In this document: positions 39,801 through 54,800 of the stretch, piece by piece | How positions within the stretch are numbered: position 1 is the first letter of the stretch | Layout: each line of letters opens with the position of its first letter | NCBI GenBank assembly: GCA_018644935.1 | Contig: JABGPL010000011.1 | Coordinates: forward strand, 482 to 64,481 | DNA from: Calditrichota bacterium | GTDB lineage: Bacteria; Electryoneota; AABM5-125-24; Hatepunaeales; Hatepunaeaceae | Direction: 5' to 3' | Length of the DNA stretch: 64,000 bases | The notes under the pieces: model-generated | Told to the model about the DNA's origin: nothing | The model's input: the letters and a program-made list of their open reading frames with translations, nothing else | Databases searched by the model: none | Position numbers and translations under genes: made by a program

Positions 39801-42800
39801 TTGACCTTTACCCCGACTGATATTGATGATTTTGAAGGAATACTTACAGTAATTTCAGATGCAGAAAACGACCAGAGCCTCGATATTCCATTGACAGGTG
39901 CTGGTGTATCTGCCTTCCAGTTTACACAAACAGGTGAATCCACAACATTAATCATTAATTCAGGACTTATAAACAATGAAGCAATGATTGAGGGTGATGA
40001 AGTTGGTGTGTTCACCCCAGATGGAGTTTGCGCTGGTGGATCAGTTCTCGGTGCAAATGGTTTTGATTCACCTATTGGTTTCAGTGCCTGGGGAGATGAT
40101 CTGGGAACTCAAGATGTTGTTGAGGGATTCACTCGTAACGAAGCTTTCGCTTTCAGGTTATGGGATCGCTCTACCGGTACAGAATATGTTGCGTATGAAA
40201 ACTGGTCACCCGAGGTTGTGCCAGTCTGGACAGCAAATGGTGGACCATATGTGATTCTTGAATTATTGGGTTATGACGATCCTCCACCAATTACCAGATT
40301 ATCAGACAGTAATCTTAATTTTGGTGATGTATATCTGTTTGATGGTGAGAGTTCAGCACGTGACCTGACCATCAGGAACATTGGTGGTGCCAATTTAACA
40401 ATCCAATCGGTTGTTAGTGATAACGACGCATTTAGTTTGGACTTCCCCAACCAGATAATTCTTCAACCTGATGCATCAACGACAGTTACAATTACATTTG
40501 TGCCTCCGGAACTCGGTGATATATCAGGAGTTGTGACGGTTACAAGCAATGATCCCCGTAATGGTGAGATGACAGTCAATATGGCTGGTGTAGGTGTTGA
40601 AGCTCCAGCACCGGATATTGGTGTCAATGAGGAATCGCATGCATTTGGCACAATAGAAGTAGGAAGTCCTTTAACGTGGACACTTGTAGTCACCAATAAT
40701 GGTTATGAGGCTCTTGTGATTGATGATGTTCAATCTGGAAATGCGGCATATACCACTGATTTTGCTGGTGATCAGGTAACTTTGGCTCGTCTTGAAACTA
40801 TGGATGTAGTTGTAACATTTGATCCGGCAACTGCAGGTGACTTTAATACAAATCTTACAATTACAAGTAATAACGGTGGTAATGCAAATAGTGAGTACAA
40901 TGTAGCATTATCTGGTGCTGCAATCGCTCCTGACATTGCAGTAACTCCCTCACCTGTTGTTTTTGATGACACTATATTCGGAGAAGAGGATACAGCAACA
41001 CTGACAATCAGTAATGATGGAGCAGTAGATCTGGTTATTTCTTCGATTACCATTCCCGATGGCGTCTTTTCATCAGATTGGGCAGATCAGCAGACTGTTG
41101 TTCCCGGCGAGGAGTATGTTCTTAACTTGACATTTGCTCCGATTGCAGCCCAAGATTATGAGGTTGTAGCAACAATTGCTTCAAATGACCCCGTTGATGG
41201 AAACTTGAACGTTACTCTACAAGGTACAGGTTTGCCTCAACCAGCTCCGAATTTGGTGATTGCAGATGAGGATCTGACTCACAACTTCGGTGAAGTATTT
41301 GTTGGTAATGGTAGAACATGGCAATTCACAATAACCAATGATGGTTATCAGGACTTGGTTATCAGCGATATCGAATCCAACAATAATGTATTTATAACTA
41401 ACCACCCTGGTGGTGATGGTTGGACAATAGCAGGTGGTGGGGCACAAGTTGTCACCGCAACATTTACACCAGCAGCAGAGCAGGCCTACAACGGGACTCT
41501 TACCGTAGTTTCCAATGATGATGGGAACGCCAACACAAGGACAAATATTACGGTTGAAGGTTCTGGTACCTTTGAGGAACTGCCTGAAATAGATTTCAGC
41601 ACATTGAACGTTGCCTTTGGCGACGTGATTTTTGGTGAAGCTGGAAATTCTTCTGTTGTGGTCACAAACGTTGGTGATGCTGATTTAAGTGTTCAAGGTG
41701 CTGTTCTTGTCAACAATGATGATGACAACGTCTTTGAAATGAGTTGGGATGGGGCAGAAGTTTTAGTACCTAATGCTTCTTTGACAATTGACCTGACTTT
41801 TACTCCCAACGCAGTTGCAGCATTTGATGCCATACTCAGGATAACTTCAGATGACGCTGATGAAGCATCAGTTGATATAAACATCACCGGTACCGGTGTT
41901 GTTCAGCCTCCTCCTGAAATTACTGTTGCTGAGGATGATCAGACTCACAACTTTGGAAATGTTATAGTAGGTCAGGATGTAGCGTGGCAGTTCAATATAA
42001 CAAATACTGGTTATCAGGATCTTGTTGTTGACAGTATTTTGGCGAGCAACGGTGTATTCACAACCAACCTTTCCGAAGATGGCGTGACTATCACGCGAGG
42101 TCAATCCACAGCAATTACCGCCACATTCACACCAATCGCGGGTGTAGAATATAATGGCACTCTCTCAATTTATTCAAATGACGATGAAGATGAGCAAAGC
42201 CCTGTAGTTATTACTGTCACAGGTGTTGGTCTTACACCAAATATTGTCGTAGCTCCGGAAAATGTCTCTTTTGGTGATGTTGCCGCAGGCGCGACAGAGA
42301 CAAGTACCCTTCGGATATCAAACACTGGCGGTGCTGCATTGACTGTGACAGAACTCCAATTTAATAATGCTTTCTTTGGTGGAGATCTTGGTGGTCAGCA
42401 GGTTATTGCAGCTGGTGCATTTTTAGATGTCGACCTGACATTCACTCCTAATGATATAGATGATTTCGAAGGAGTTCTGACAATAATCTCAGACGCGGAA
42501 AATGATGGGGATCTTACTGTTAATCTAACAGGTTCAGGTGTAACAGCTTTTCAGTTTACACAGACTGGTGATAATGTTCCGATCATTGTAAATGCAGCCT
42601 TTATTAATAATCAGGCAATGGTTGAAGGTGATGAGATTGGTACATTTACCACCGGTGGTGTGTGTGCAGGTAGTGCCATTATCGGAGTTGGTGGTTTTAA
42701 CCAGGCTTTGGGTTTCGCCGCCTGGGCAGATGATGATAATACCGGGAACGTCGTTGAAGGTTTTGTGGAAGACGAGGCGTTTGAATTCAGGTTATGGGAT

Positions 42801-45800
42801 CGCGCCACTGGAACGGAGTATATTGCATTTGAAAACTGGGATTCCGAGGAAATACCTGTATGGGTTAGTGGAGGCGGACCATTTATTCTTGACGAATTGC
42901 TTGGTTATGATGTTTCTCCGCCAATTATCAGGCTTTCCGATGCGAGCTTTAATTTTGGTAATGTCTTTGTATTTGCCGGGGAGAATTCAACACGAGATTT
43001 AACCATTACCAATATTGGTGGTGAAGATCTGACTGTTCAAAGTGTAGTGTCCGATAACGACGCTTTCTCACTTGATTTCCCAGAACAAATTGTTTTACAG
43101 CCTGAGGCATCAACAACAGTTACGGTAACATTCGTACCTCCTGATGTAAATGACTTTGCTGGAGTTATTACTGTCACTAGCGATGATCCAAGGAATGGTG
43201 AAGCAACCGTTAATATGGCGGGTGTTGGTTTAGAAGCCCCAGCACCGGACCTCGTTGTTAACGATGATGTTCATGCTTTTGGTACAATTGAGGTTGGAAG
43301 TCCGGTAACTTGGACGTTGGAAATTACCAATAATGGATATGTAGCACTTGTTATTGATGATATCCAATCTGGAAATGCTGCTTATACTACAGACTTTGCA
43401 GGTGATCCGGTTACACTTGCTCGTCTTGAAACTCTTGATGTTGTGGTTACTTTTGATCCAGAAACCGCAGGTCAATACATTTCGAGCATAACAATCACCA
43501 GTAACGATAATGGTGTTGCTAATAGTGAACTTGCAATCGGTCTGTTGGGTTCTGCTATTGCAGCTGATATTGCTGTTGCTCCTTCACCTGTCGTTTTTGA
43601 TGATGTGATTATTAGTGAAGAAGGAGCTGCAACTCTCACAATCAGTAATGAAGGGGATGTTGATCTCGTCATTTCATCAATTACTATTCCCGGTGATATT
43701 TTTTCCTCTGATTGGAACGCTGAACAAACAGTCGCTCCGGATGAGCAGTACGTCCTCAATTTAACCTTCTCTCCAATAGCTGCTCAAGATTATGAGGTTG
43801 AAGCGACAATCGTATCCAACGATCCCGTTGATGGTAACTTGAACGTAACTCTTCAAGGTACCGGTTTGCCACAGCCGCCTCCGAATATGGTAATCGCAAA
43901 TGATGACCTTTCCCATGCATTTGGCGAGGTTTTTGTTGACAATAACAGAGCCTGGCAGTTCACGATAACTAACGATGGTTATCAGGATTTGGTCATAAGT
44001 GATATTGAGTCAAGCGATGATGTGTTCACAACCAATTTCCCAGGTGGTGATGGTTGGACAATTGCCGGTAGTGGTGGGACCCAAGTTGTTACCGCAACAT
44101 TTACTCCATCAGCAGCAGAAGCCTACAATGGCACTTTGACCATAGTTTCTAATGATGATGGCAATGCAGACACCCGGACTCCGATTACAGTTACTGGTTC
44201 AGGTACATTTGAGCAACTTCCCGAAATAGAATTAAGTTCACTGAACGTGGCATTTGGTAATATTATAGTAGGTGAAGCCGGTGCAACGTCAGTTCAGGTG
44301 ACCAATGTTGGTGATTCAGATCTGAGCGTTCAGGGTGCTGTTCTTGTTAACAATGATGATGACAATGTCTTTGGCATGAGCTGGGATGGTGCTGCTGTTT
44401 TAGAAGCCAATGCTTCCTTAACAATAGACCTGACATTCACACCTAATGCTGTTCAAGCATTCGATGCAATCCTGCGGATTACTTCAGATGATGCTGACGA
44501 AGGAACTGTTGATGTAAATCTAACAGGTACTGGTCTCACACCTCCGCCAGCTAATATCGTTGTAGCTGAGGGAGACTTGACTCATGCATTTGGTGAAGTC
44601 GCATTAGGAGCCGAGGGAACGTGGGAATTGCAGATCAGTAATGATGGATACCTCGATTTGGAAATCGATGAAATCTTATCCAGTCATGCGGTCTTCACAA
44701 CTAATTTCCCACAGGAGGGAGCGACAATTGCAGGCGGTGCTTCTGCCACATATACAGTGACATTTGCTCCAACTGCTATTGCAGATTATACAGAGACTCT
44801 GACAATAAACTCAAACGATGATCAATTGGTCATCAATGTTACTGGTTCTGGTATCGGTCCTGAGATTGCAACGGATCCCGGTTCAATTGCCTTTGGTGAA
44901 GTTCGATTAGGTAATTCGGGAACAGAGACTTTGCAGATTCAAAACACCGGTGGTGCAGTGCTAACTGTAACCGAAGTTCAATTTGACAATGGTGTGTTTA
45001 CATCAAACTTTGATGCTGAACAAACTATCGATCCGGACCAGTCGATATCCATTGAGGTTAGCTTTGCACCTGATAATATTAGCGATTTCAACGGTGTGAT
45101 GACAATTGTATCGGATGCGGAAAACGATCAAAGTCTAGATGTGAACTTAACCGGTACAGGTATTGCCCACTTTGAGTATGAACTTACAGAACAAAGTCAT
45201 AACATCATCGTTGTGGAGGCTACAATTGACGATGAACAACTGGCTGCAGGCGATGAAGTTGCTGTCTTTACCCCGGGTGGAATATGTGCTGGTTCAGGAT
45301 CATTCGTTGGGCCGGGAGAATCAATAGGTTTAGCTGCATGGGGTGATGATTTAGGAACTGAACCGATTGAAGGTTTTGCCAATGGTGAAGTGATATATTT
45401 CAAAATCTGGGATAACAGTGCACAAGCTGAGTATGATGCATTTGCCGATTGGACAGATGGATTTTCTACCCCCAACTGGGTGAATAACGGTCTCGGTCAG
45501 ATAGATTTACTCTCAGCGAACTCACAACCGACTCCTTTACTCGAATTATCTGCTGCCGAATTAGCTTTTGGAGATGTATTTGTATTTGCAGGTGAAAGCT
45601 CAACTCAGGAATTGACGATATCGAACGTTGGTAATGCTGACTTAACGGTTTCAAACATTGTTAGTGACAATGACGCGTTCACAACTGATTATGATCAGGA
45701 TATAGTCATTGCTCCTCGAGAAAGTGCGGTTGTTACAATTACCTTTATTCCTCCAAATACAGGTGAGATTGCTGGTACTTTGACAATAACCAGCGATGAT

Positions 45801-48800
45801 GCAAATAATGCAGAAACAACGGTTAATCTTACTGGTACCGGTGTGGAAGCTCCCGCTCCAGATCTCGCACTTAACGCTAATTCCCATGACTTTGAAATTG
45901 TTCAGATTAACTCTCCGGAAGACTGGACGATGGTTGTCACAAATGAGGGTTACCAGGACTTGATTGTAACAGGTATTGCGTCCGATAATAATGTGTTTTC
46001 CACAGATTTTGCCGGTGATCCAGTAACAATAGTAAAAGATGCCAGCATTAATGTTGTTGTGACTTTCGATCCTCAAACGGTTGATGAATTTGCCGGTGCA
46101 CTGACTATCACAAGTAATACCGGTGGTCAGGAAGGTACTGATACTCAGGTAACCCTAACTGGTGAATCGATTGCTCCTCAAATAGCAGTATCACCTTCAC
46201 CTGTTGTTTTTGATGACACTATATTTGGAGAGGAGAACCAGAAAGTATTAACTATCCGTAATAACGGAGCCGTTGATCTAACTGTCACAGCTCTCACTAT
46301 ACCAGGTGACATTTTCAGCTCTGACTTTGCTGGTCAGGTCGTTCTCGGCCAAAATGAAGAGACGGCTGTTACTGTTACATTTGCTCCTGCTGCTGAACAA
46401 GCCTACAATGGTGTCTTGACGATTGAATCAGATGATCCATTGAATGGTTCGCTTGAAGTAAATCTACAAGGTAACGGTTTAGCACAACCACTTCCTGATC
46501 TGACAATTGCCAATGAGGATTTGACGCATGACTTTGGAAATGTCCTCGTAGATAATACTCGCGAGTGGGAGTTCGACATAACGAACGATGGTTATCAGGA
46601 TCTTGTTATCTCTAACCTCGAATCTTCAATTGGTCAGTTCACCACAGATTTCCCCGGTGGAAATGGTTGGACTATTGCTGGTGGACAATCTCAGACTGTA
46701 ACCGTTACATATGCTCCTGATAATGATCAATTACATGAAGGAGAGCTCACGGTCACCTCTAATGATCAGGGGCAGGATGGTTCACAGGTGACAATTTCAG
46801 TAGTTGGTCAGGGTACTCTTGAGGCTGTTCCGAGCATAGCTGTTAACCAGGAATCAGTTGCGTTTGGAACTGTTATAATTGGAGAGCAGGGCAATGCAAC
46901 AATTACCGTTACTAATAATGGAGATGCCAATCTAAATGTAACAGGCGTTTCAATAATTAATGATGCCAGTGGTGTATTTGGATTTACATGGGATGGGGCT
47001 GCAGTCTTAGCAACAAATAATACACTGGAAATAGCATTAACATTCGATCCAGATGCCGAGGCGAATTTCACTGGTGATTTAAGAATCGCTTCCAATGATC
47101 CTGAGAATGGAGTTCTGATTGTTCCTCTTACTGGTGCGGGACAAACACCTGATCCAGCTGAAGTTTCACTTTCGGAAGCAAGTCATGGATTTGGTGACGT
47201 TTTAGTTGGGGACACAGATACATGGCAGGTAACAATCGAAAACGTTGGTTATCTACCATTAACTATTGATGAAATTGTTTCGAACAACAACGTTTTCACA
47301 ACTGATTTCCCAGAAGACCCAGTTGTAATAACACGTGGTAATTCTGAAACATATACTGTTTCTTTCATACCCGCTGATGTTGCTGATTATGAGGCTACGC
47401 TCTCTATTATATCTAATGATGCAAATAGTCCTACAGTAATTAACCTTACAGGTTCAGGTGTCGTTCCTGTAATTGAAGCCGCACCGGCTCAAATCGCATT
47501 TGGTGAGGCTGGACTTTACGATACACAAACAGTTAACCTCACAATTTCAAATACCGGTGGGGCAGTACTTAACGTTACAGATGTAAGAATTGCAAATGAT
47601 CAAGAAGGTCGAGTCTTTGTATCGGACTTCGTCGAAGATCAGGCAATTAATCCTGATCAATCAATTGAAGTTGCAATAACCTTCACCCCAGTTGCTGAAG
47701 ACGACTACACCGGTACAGTGACAATTACTTCCGATGCGAGTAATGATCAGAGTTTAGAAATTGCACTATCCGGTTCTGGTGTTTTCCCTGATCCTCATTA
47801 TGAGGTAGCTCAGTCAGCGGATAGTCATTCTATCATTGTAACAGAAGCCATACTCGATGGAGAGGATCTGGTAAACGGTGACGAAATCGCAACATTTACA
47901 CAGGATGGGCTTCTTGCTGGAGCTATCGTTGTGATTGTTGGTGAAGATACAGGACTTGCTGCCTGGGGAGATGACACAGGTACAAACGATGTTGTGGAGG
48001 GATTTGCTTCCGGCGAGGAAATGAGCTTTAGATATTGGGATGTTTCAGCACAGGAAGAAATTGAAGCAGAGGTGAGTTCAATAATATCAGGTGGCATTAA
48101 TTGGTCAGTAAACGGTTTTACCATTTTAGCACTTTCCGGAATATCTGCACCAACCCCGATTATCACATTAGATACAGAGAGTCTTGATTTCGGTGAATTA
48201 ATCGAGAACTTCACTTCTGACCTCGAATTTACCATTACCAATATTGGTGTCGAACCGCTGGTTGTATCCAATATCGTATCAACAGATGCTGATCACTTTA
48301 CAACCGATTTCGATCAGGAAATCACACTTGATCCACAGGCAAGTCAGGTAATGACAGTGACATTTGCGCCGGATGCTGCCCAACTATTTGAGGCAGATAT
48401 TCGGATCACATCCAATTCACCAGGTCGTGAATTGAAAATTGTTACAGTGTCAGGTACCGGACTTGTGACTCCACCACCGGTTCTTACATTAAGTGAGAAT
48501 GCACATGACTTTGGTGAAGTACAAATTGGGATTCCACAAACCTGGGATCTTACCTTAAGTAATACAGGATATGGTACACTGAATGTTTCCGCAATTAACT
48601 CAAGCCATGAGGCCTTCCAGACAAACCTGCAGGATGGTGGAATTGATCTGGGTCGTAATGAACAGGTTGTTGTAACGGTCACATTTGACCCACAATCAGT
48701 TGAAGTGTATGATGATGAATTGACAATTATTTCAAATGACAATAATCAGGAAGGTACTGAAACAGTTGTAGCTATTGAGGGTATCGGTATTCAGGATGGT

Positions 48801-51800
48801 GAACCGGAAGTTACGGCTAATCCAGCAGCCATTGCATTTGGAGAGATTGTAGCAGGGCAGTCAGAGACAGTTTCACTCCAGATTTCAAACACCGGTTCTG
48901 CGAATTTAACTGTCACTAACCTCCTTATTGGAGAAGAAGAATTTACGGTTGATTTCGGTGGTGAGCAGGTTCTAGCACCTCAGGGATCATTCAATGTTGA
49001 TGTTGTGTTTACTCCTCCTGACTTCCAAGTTTACGAGGGTACACTGACGATTCACTCCGATGATCCAAATAATGCTCAACTACAGGTCGCTTTGTCTGGT
49101 GAGGGTGTTGCTCCTGATGAACACTATGTCGTCACGCAGGTGGCAGATAGTCACTCAATAATTGTGACATCAGCTCTACTTGATGGTGAAGATCTGGTTG
49201 ACTTTGATGAAATTGGTGTGTTTACACCAGGCGGGCTTTTAGCTGGTTCTTCAGTTATCAGGATTGGTGAAGATATTGGAATGCCGGCCTGGGGAGACGA
49301 TACAGGTACTCAGGGCGAAATTGAGGGATTTGGTGCTGGCGAGGAAATGAGCTTCAGGTATTGGGATTATTCAGCTCAAGAAGAGATTTCAGCACAGGTT
49401 GTATCAGTAAATGTTGGTTCATTAAACTGGAGCGTGAATGGGTTCACTATTCTAAGTCTTTCCGGAATATCTGCACCAGAACCACTGATATTTGTCGATC
49501 CTGCAAGTCTTGTCTTTGATGATTTAGTAGAGTTTGAAACTTCTGATCTCGAGCTCACTGTTCGTAATATTGGTGTTGAAGTATTAACAGTTTCAAACAT
49601 TGTGTCAACAGATACTGATCACTTTACGATTAATTATGATCAGGAATTCACACTTGATCCGGAAGAAAGTCGTGTGTTTACAGTCACATTTGCTCCTGAT
49701 ACAGACCAGCTATTTGAAGCTGAATTACGGATTACATCCGATTCACCAGGACGCGAGTTGACGACGGTTCCTGTTTCAGGTACCGGATTGCCAACACCAC
49801 CTCCATTGCTGACATTGAGTGCCAACTCACATGACTTTGGTGAAGTACAAATTGGTATACCTCAGGCTTGGAATATCACACTGAGCAATACTGGTTACGG
49901 AACATTAATTATTTCTGAAATCAATCCAAGTCATCAAGACTTTACGACAAATTTACAGCAGGGTGGAGTTGAACTTACGCGAAATCAGACAGTTGTTGTT
50001 TCTGTTACATTCGATCCACAAAATGAAGCTGACTACGATGAGACTCTCACGATCGTTTCCAATCACAATGATGAGGAAGGTTCTGAGACAATAGTTTCTG
50101 TTACTGGTAACGCCGTGGCAGAAGGTACTCCAGTTATTTCTCTAAATCGAGGATCTATTGCATTTGGTGAAGTATTGGTTGGAGAATCAGGAACGGCTAC
50201 TCTTAGGATATCAAACAACGGCTCGGCCAATTTGAACGTTACAGATCTTGCGATTGCAGGAGATGTGTTTGGAACTGATTGGGGTGGTGCAGAAGTTGTT
50301 GCTCCTCAGTCTTCCATTAATGTTCAGGTGAATTTTACTCCTGAAGATTATATAGCGTACGAGGGTACGTTGACTGTTCATTCAGACGATCCTCAAAATG
50401 CTCAAATTGAAATTCCACTAACAGGTGAAGGTACACGACCTCCCGCTCACTTCGAATTTGTAACGACTGGTGAGAATGCTTCGGTTTTGATTAATTCAGC
50501 AACGCTTGATGGTGAGTCGCTTGAGCTTTACGATGAAATATCTGTATTTACACCGGATGGAATCTGTGCTGGTGCTACTGTTATTGGTGAAGGTAATGTG
50601 GACGATCCTTTCCCAACCGCTTTAGCCGCATGGGGTGATGATGACCAGACCAATGGAGTTGTCGAAGGTTTCACAGCTGGGGAAGAAATGTCATTCCGTT
50701 ATTGGGATACTTCTGCAGAAGTTGAGGTAGAGGCATTTGTCGACCAGATTGTCGTTGGTGGGCGTACATGGAATGTAGATGGTTTCAATGTTATTACGTT
50801 GATTGCCAACAGAGCAGCCAATCCAATTATCAATGTAACTCCCGCAACTATAGCCTTCGATGAAACTGTTAATGGATTTACAAGTGTCGTTGAGGTTCAA
50901 GTATCAAATATCGGTACTGAACTCTTACAGGTAACTAATGTTGTCTCAGCTGATGAAGACCATTTCACAGTTGATTTCCAGAACGGTTTTGATTTGGATC
51001 AGGGTGAGTTTTACACATTGAACGTCACCTTTGCTCCAGATGCTGTTGCTGACTTTAATGCCAATCTTGAGATTACTTCAAACTCTGTTGATGGCCTGGA
51101 AGTTGTACCAATGACAGGTACTGGTATTGCTCCGCCACCTCAGGAACTCACAATTAATCCTGCTAGTTTGGACTTCGGCGAGGTACTGATTGGTTTGCCG
51201 CAAACCAGGGAAATAACACTTACCAACATTGGGTATGAGGATCTCACCATTAGCCAGGTTGTTTCTGATAATGCTTTCTTCACAACTGATTTCCCAAATA
51301 ATGATGTAGTTCTTGCGCGCAATGTAAGCACTGTCTTAACAGTCACCTTAGACCCTGAGGAAGCAATCCAATACGATGGTACCCTTACTGTACATTCTGA
51401 TAATCTGGGACAGGATAGCCAGACTGAGATAACCGTTACTGGTCTTGGTGTAACTGACGGTAATGCCGAAATATCAGTAACTCCCGATCTTGTTTCGTTT
51501 GAAAATACCCTCTTCGGACAGGTTTCAAATGCAACTATGACGATTGAGAACACTGGTTCTGCCGTCTTAAATGTAACTGACATTTCTGCCGATTTAAATG
51601 TTTTTGGAGTGGATTTCGCTGGTGCTTTATCTGTTAATCCAAATCAGACTGTCACTGTAGATCTTACATTTGCTCCGGTAGCAGATCAAGTCTACAATGG
51701 CTCAATCACAATTGCTTCAAACGCGATTGATAATGAGTCATATAATCTACCCGTTGTTGGTGTTGGTATATTGCCTGCGCCTCATTTCGAATTCACAACA

Positions 51801-54800
51801 ACTGGTGATGATGCATCTGTACTTATCAACTCTGCACTTCTCGATGGTGAATTACTTGAAATCCTTGATGAAATCAGTGTATTCACTCCAGGTGGATTAT
51901 GTGCGGGTGCTGTTGTAATCGGTGCAGAAAATTTTGACGAACCATTCCCAACCGCTCTCGCAGCATGGGGTGATGATTCTCAAACTGAAGATGTTGTTGA
52001 AGGTTTCCAGGCTGGTGAAGAAATGTCATTCCGCTATTGGGATTCATCAGCTGAAATTGAATATGAAGCATTTATTGATCAAATAATTGTTGGTGGTCGT
52101 AATTGGAATGTAGATGGGTTTAATGTAATCACCCTGTCAGTAACTACTGCCGAAACTCCAATAATTAATGTAAGTCCCGCAACAATTGCGTTTGAAGAAA
52201 CGGTCAATGGCTTCACTAGCGAAGTTCAATTTGAAGTGTCAAACGTAGGTCCTGAACTTCTGTCAGTAACAGACATTGTCTCAACAGATGAGGCGCACTT
52301 TACAATTGATTTCCAGAATGGATTTAATTTAGCACAGGGTGCATTTACCACATTTACCGTAACGTTCGCACCAGATGCAGTTGACGAATTTAGTGCTGAA
52401 CTTCAAATAACTTCAAACTCGGATGGTGGAGGAGTACTGGTTGTACCAATGACTGGTGCCGGTATTGCGCCACCACCTCAAGAGTTGTCATTGTCTCAAA
52501 ACAATTGGGACTTTGGAAACGTGCAGATTGGTCTACCCCAGACGCGGGAAGTAACCTTTACAAACATTGGGTATGAAGACTTAACTATCAACAGTGTAGT
52601 GTCTGATAATGCAGCGTTTTCCACCGATTTCCCGAATAATGATGTAGTACTTGCACTTAACGAAACTCAGGTTCTAACGATTACCTTTGATCCGGATGAA
52701 GCTGTTCAATACGATGGTATTCTTACCGTTAACTCGGACAATCTTGGTCAGCAAAGTCAAACTGACATTGCGGTTACAGGTGTTGGTGTTGTTGAAGGCG
52801 ATCCTGGAATTTTGGTCACGCCAGATCTCGTCTCATTTGATAATACCCTCGTTAATCAGGTCGGCACATCAACGATAAGGGTTGAGAACAATGGTGCCGG
52901 GGTTTTAAATGTAACTGATATGACAACTGGTGGAGATATATTTGGTATAGATTTCCAGGGTGCATTTTCATTAGACCCGAATCAATCAGTTACGATTGAT
53001 ATGACATTCTCACCAACTGATGAGCAAGTTTACAACGGATCATTAACTATATCATCGAATGCCGTTGGAGATGAGCAATACATCTTGCCACTTGTCGGTG
53101 TTGGTTATATGATCCCCGCGCATTTTGAGTTTACAACAACAGGTGATGATGCATCTATTCTGGTTAATTCAGCTACGCTTGACGGTGAATCCCTTGTATT
53201 TAGTGATGAAATCAGTGTGTTCACACCTGGAGGCATTTGTGCCGGTGCGGTGATAATCGGTGCGGATGATATTAACTCACTATTCCCAGCGGGATTTTCT
53301 GCATGGGGTGATGATTCGCAGACTGAGGATGTTATTGAAGGTTTCGCGCCAGGTGAAGAAATGACTTTCCGCTATTGGGATGCGTCGGCAGAAGCTGAAT
53401 ATCCGGCATCTATTGAGGAAGTAATTGTAGGTGGCAGCACATGGAATGTTGATGGTCTCAACGTAATAACCCTTGGTGGGAGTACTGTCGAAATCCCGGA
53501 TCCTCATTTTGAATTCGTATCTACCGGTGATGATGCTTCAGTTTTGATTAATACAGCACTTCTTGATGGTGAATCTCTTGAACTTTATGATGAAATTGCG
53601 GTATTCACGCCTAACGGTATTTGTGCTGGTGCAGTTGTCGTCGGTTTAGAAAATGCCGATGATCCATTCCCAACAGCTCTTGCAGCCTGGGGGGATGACT
53701 CACAAACAGACGAAATTGTTGAAGGTTTTACAGCTGGTGAAGAGATGTCATTCCGCTATTGGGATGTATCTGCAGAACTTGAAATTGAGGCATTTATTAA
53801 TGAAATTGTGATTGGTGGACGCATTTGGAATGTGGATGGTTTTAACGTCATCACATTGGGAGCCAATACCGCTGAAACAGCAATTTTAAATGTAATTCCT
53901 GACCCAGTTTCATTTGATGAGACAGTTAATGGCTTCTCAAGCGAAATAGAAGTTGAAATTTCTAATACTGGTCCCGAAGTACTGCATGTTTCAAATATCG
54001 TTTCAACCGATCCGGATCACTTCTCACTTGATTTCTCCTCCGAATTAGATCTAAATCAGGGTGAATTCTCTACCTTTATAGTAACATTTGCACCTGATGC
54101 AGTTAGCGACTTTAACGCTGATCTTCAGATCACCTCCAATTCTGAAGGTGGGGGTGTTGAAGTTATTCCTATGACGGGTACCGGTATTGCGCCACCTCCT
54201 CAAGAGTTATCACTGTCAATTGCAGCTTGGGATTTTGAGGAAGTGCAAATTGGATTACCACAAACTCAAGAAGTAACACTATCAAATATTGGTTATGAAG
54301 ACCTAACGATTAGTCAGGTCATTTCAGATAATGCTGCATTTACATCTGATTTCCCAGAGAATGATGTGATTCTTGCTCGCACTGAAAGCACAATCTTGAC
54401 AATTACATTTGATCCGGAAGAGGCTGTTCAGTACAATGGAATAATCACTGTTCACTCAGATAATCTTGGAGAAGCTACACAGACAGACATAACTGTGGCT
54501 GGTATTGGTGTTGTTCAAGGTGATGCTGAAATTGCTGTCACTCCAGAACTTGTTTCCTTTAATAATACACTTTTGGGTGGATCTGCAACCTCCTCTGTAA
54601 CCATTGAAAATACTGGTGCGGGAACGTTAAATGTCTCAGATATGGCGACAGACATCGAAGAATTTAGTGTTGACTTCCAGAATGCTTTTGACCTGAATCC
54701 AAATGAGACTATTACTGTCGAACTAACTTTTTCACCAATTGCCAATCGAGTCTATAATGGCTCGTTGACCATAGCTTCGAATGCGGTCAATGATCAGGAA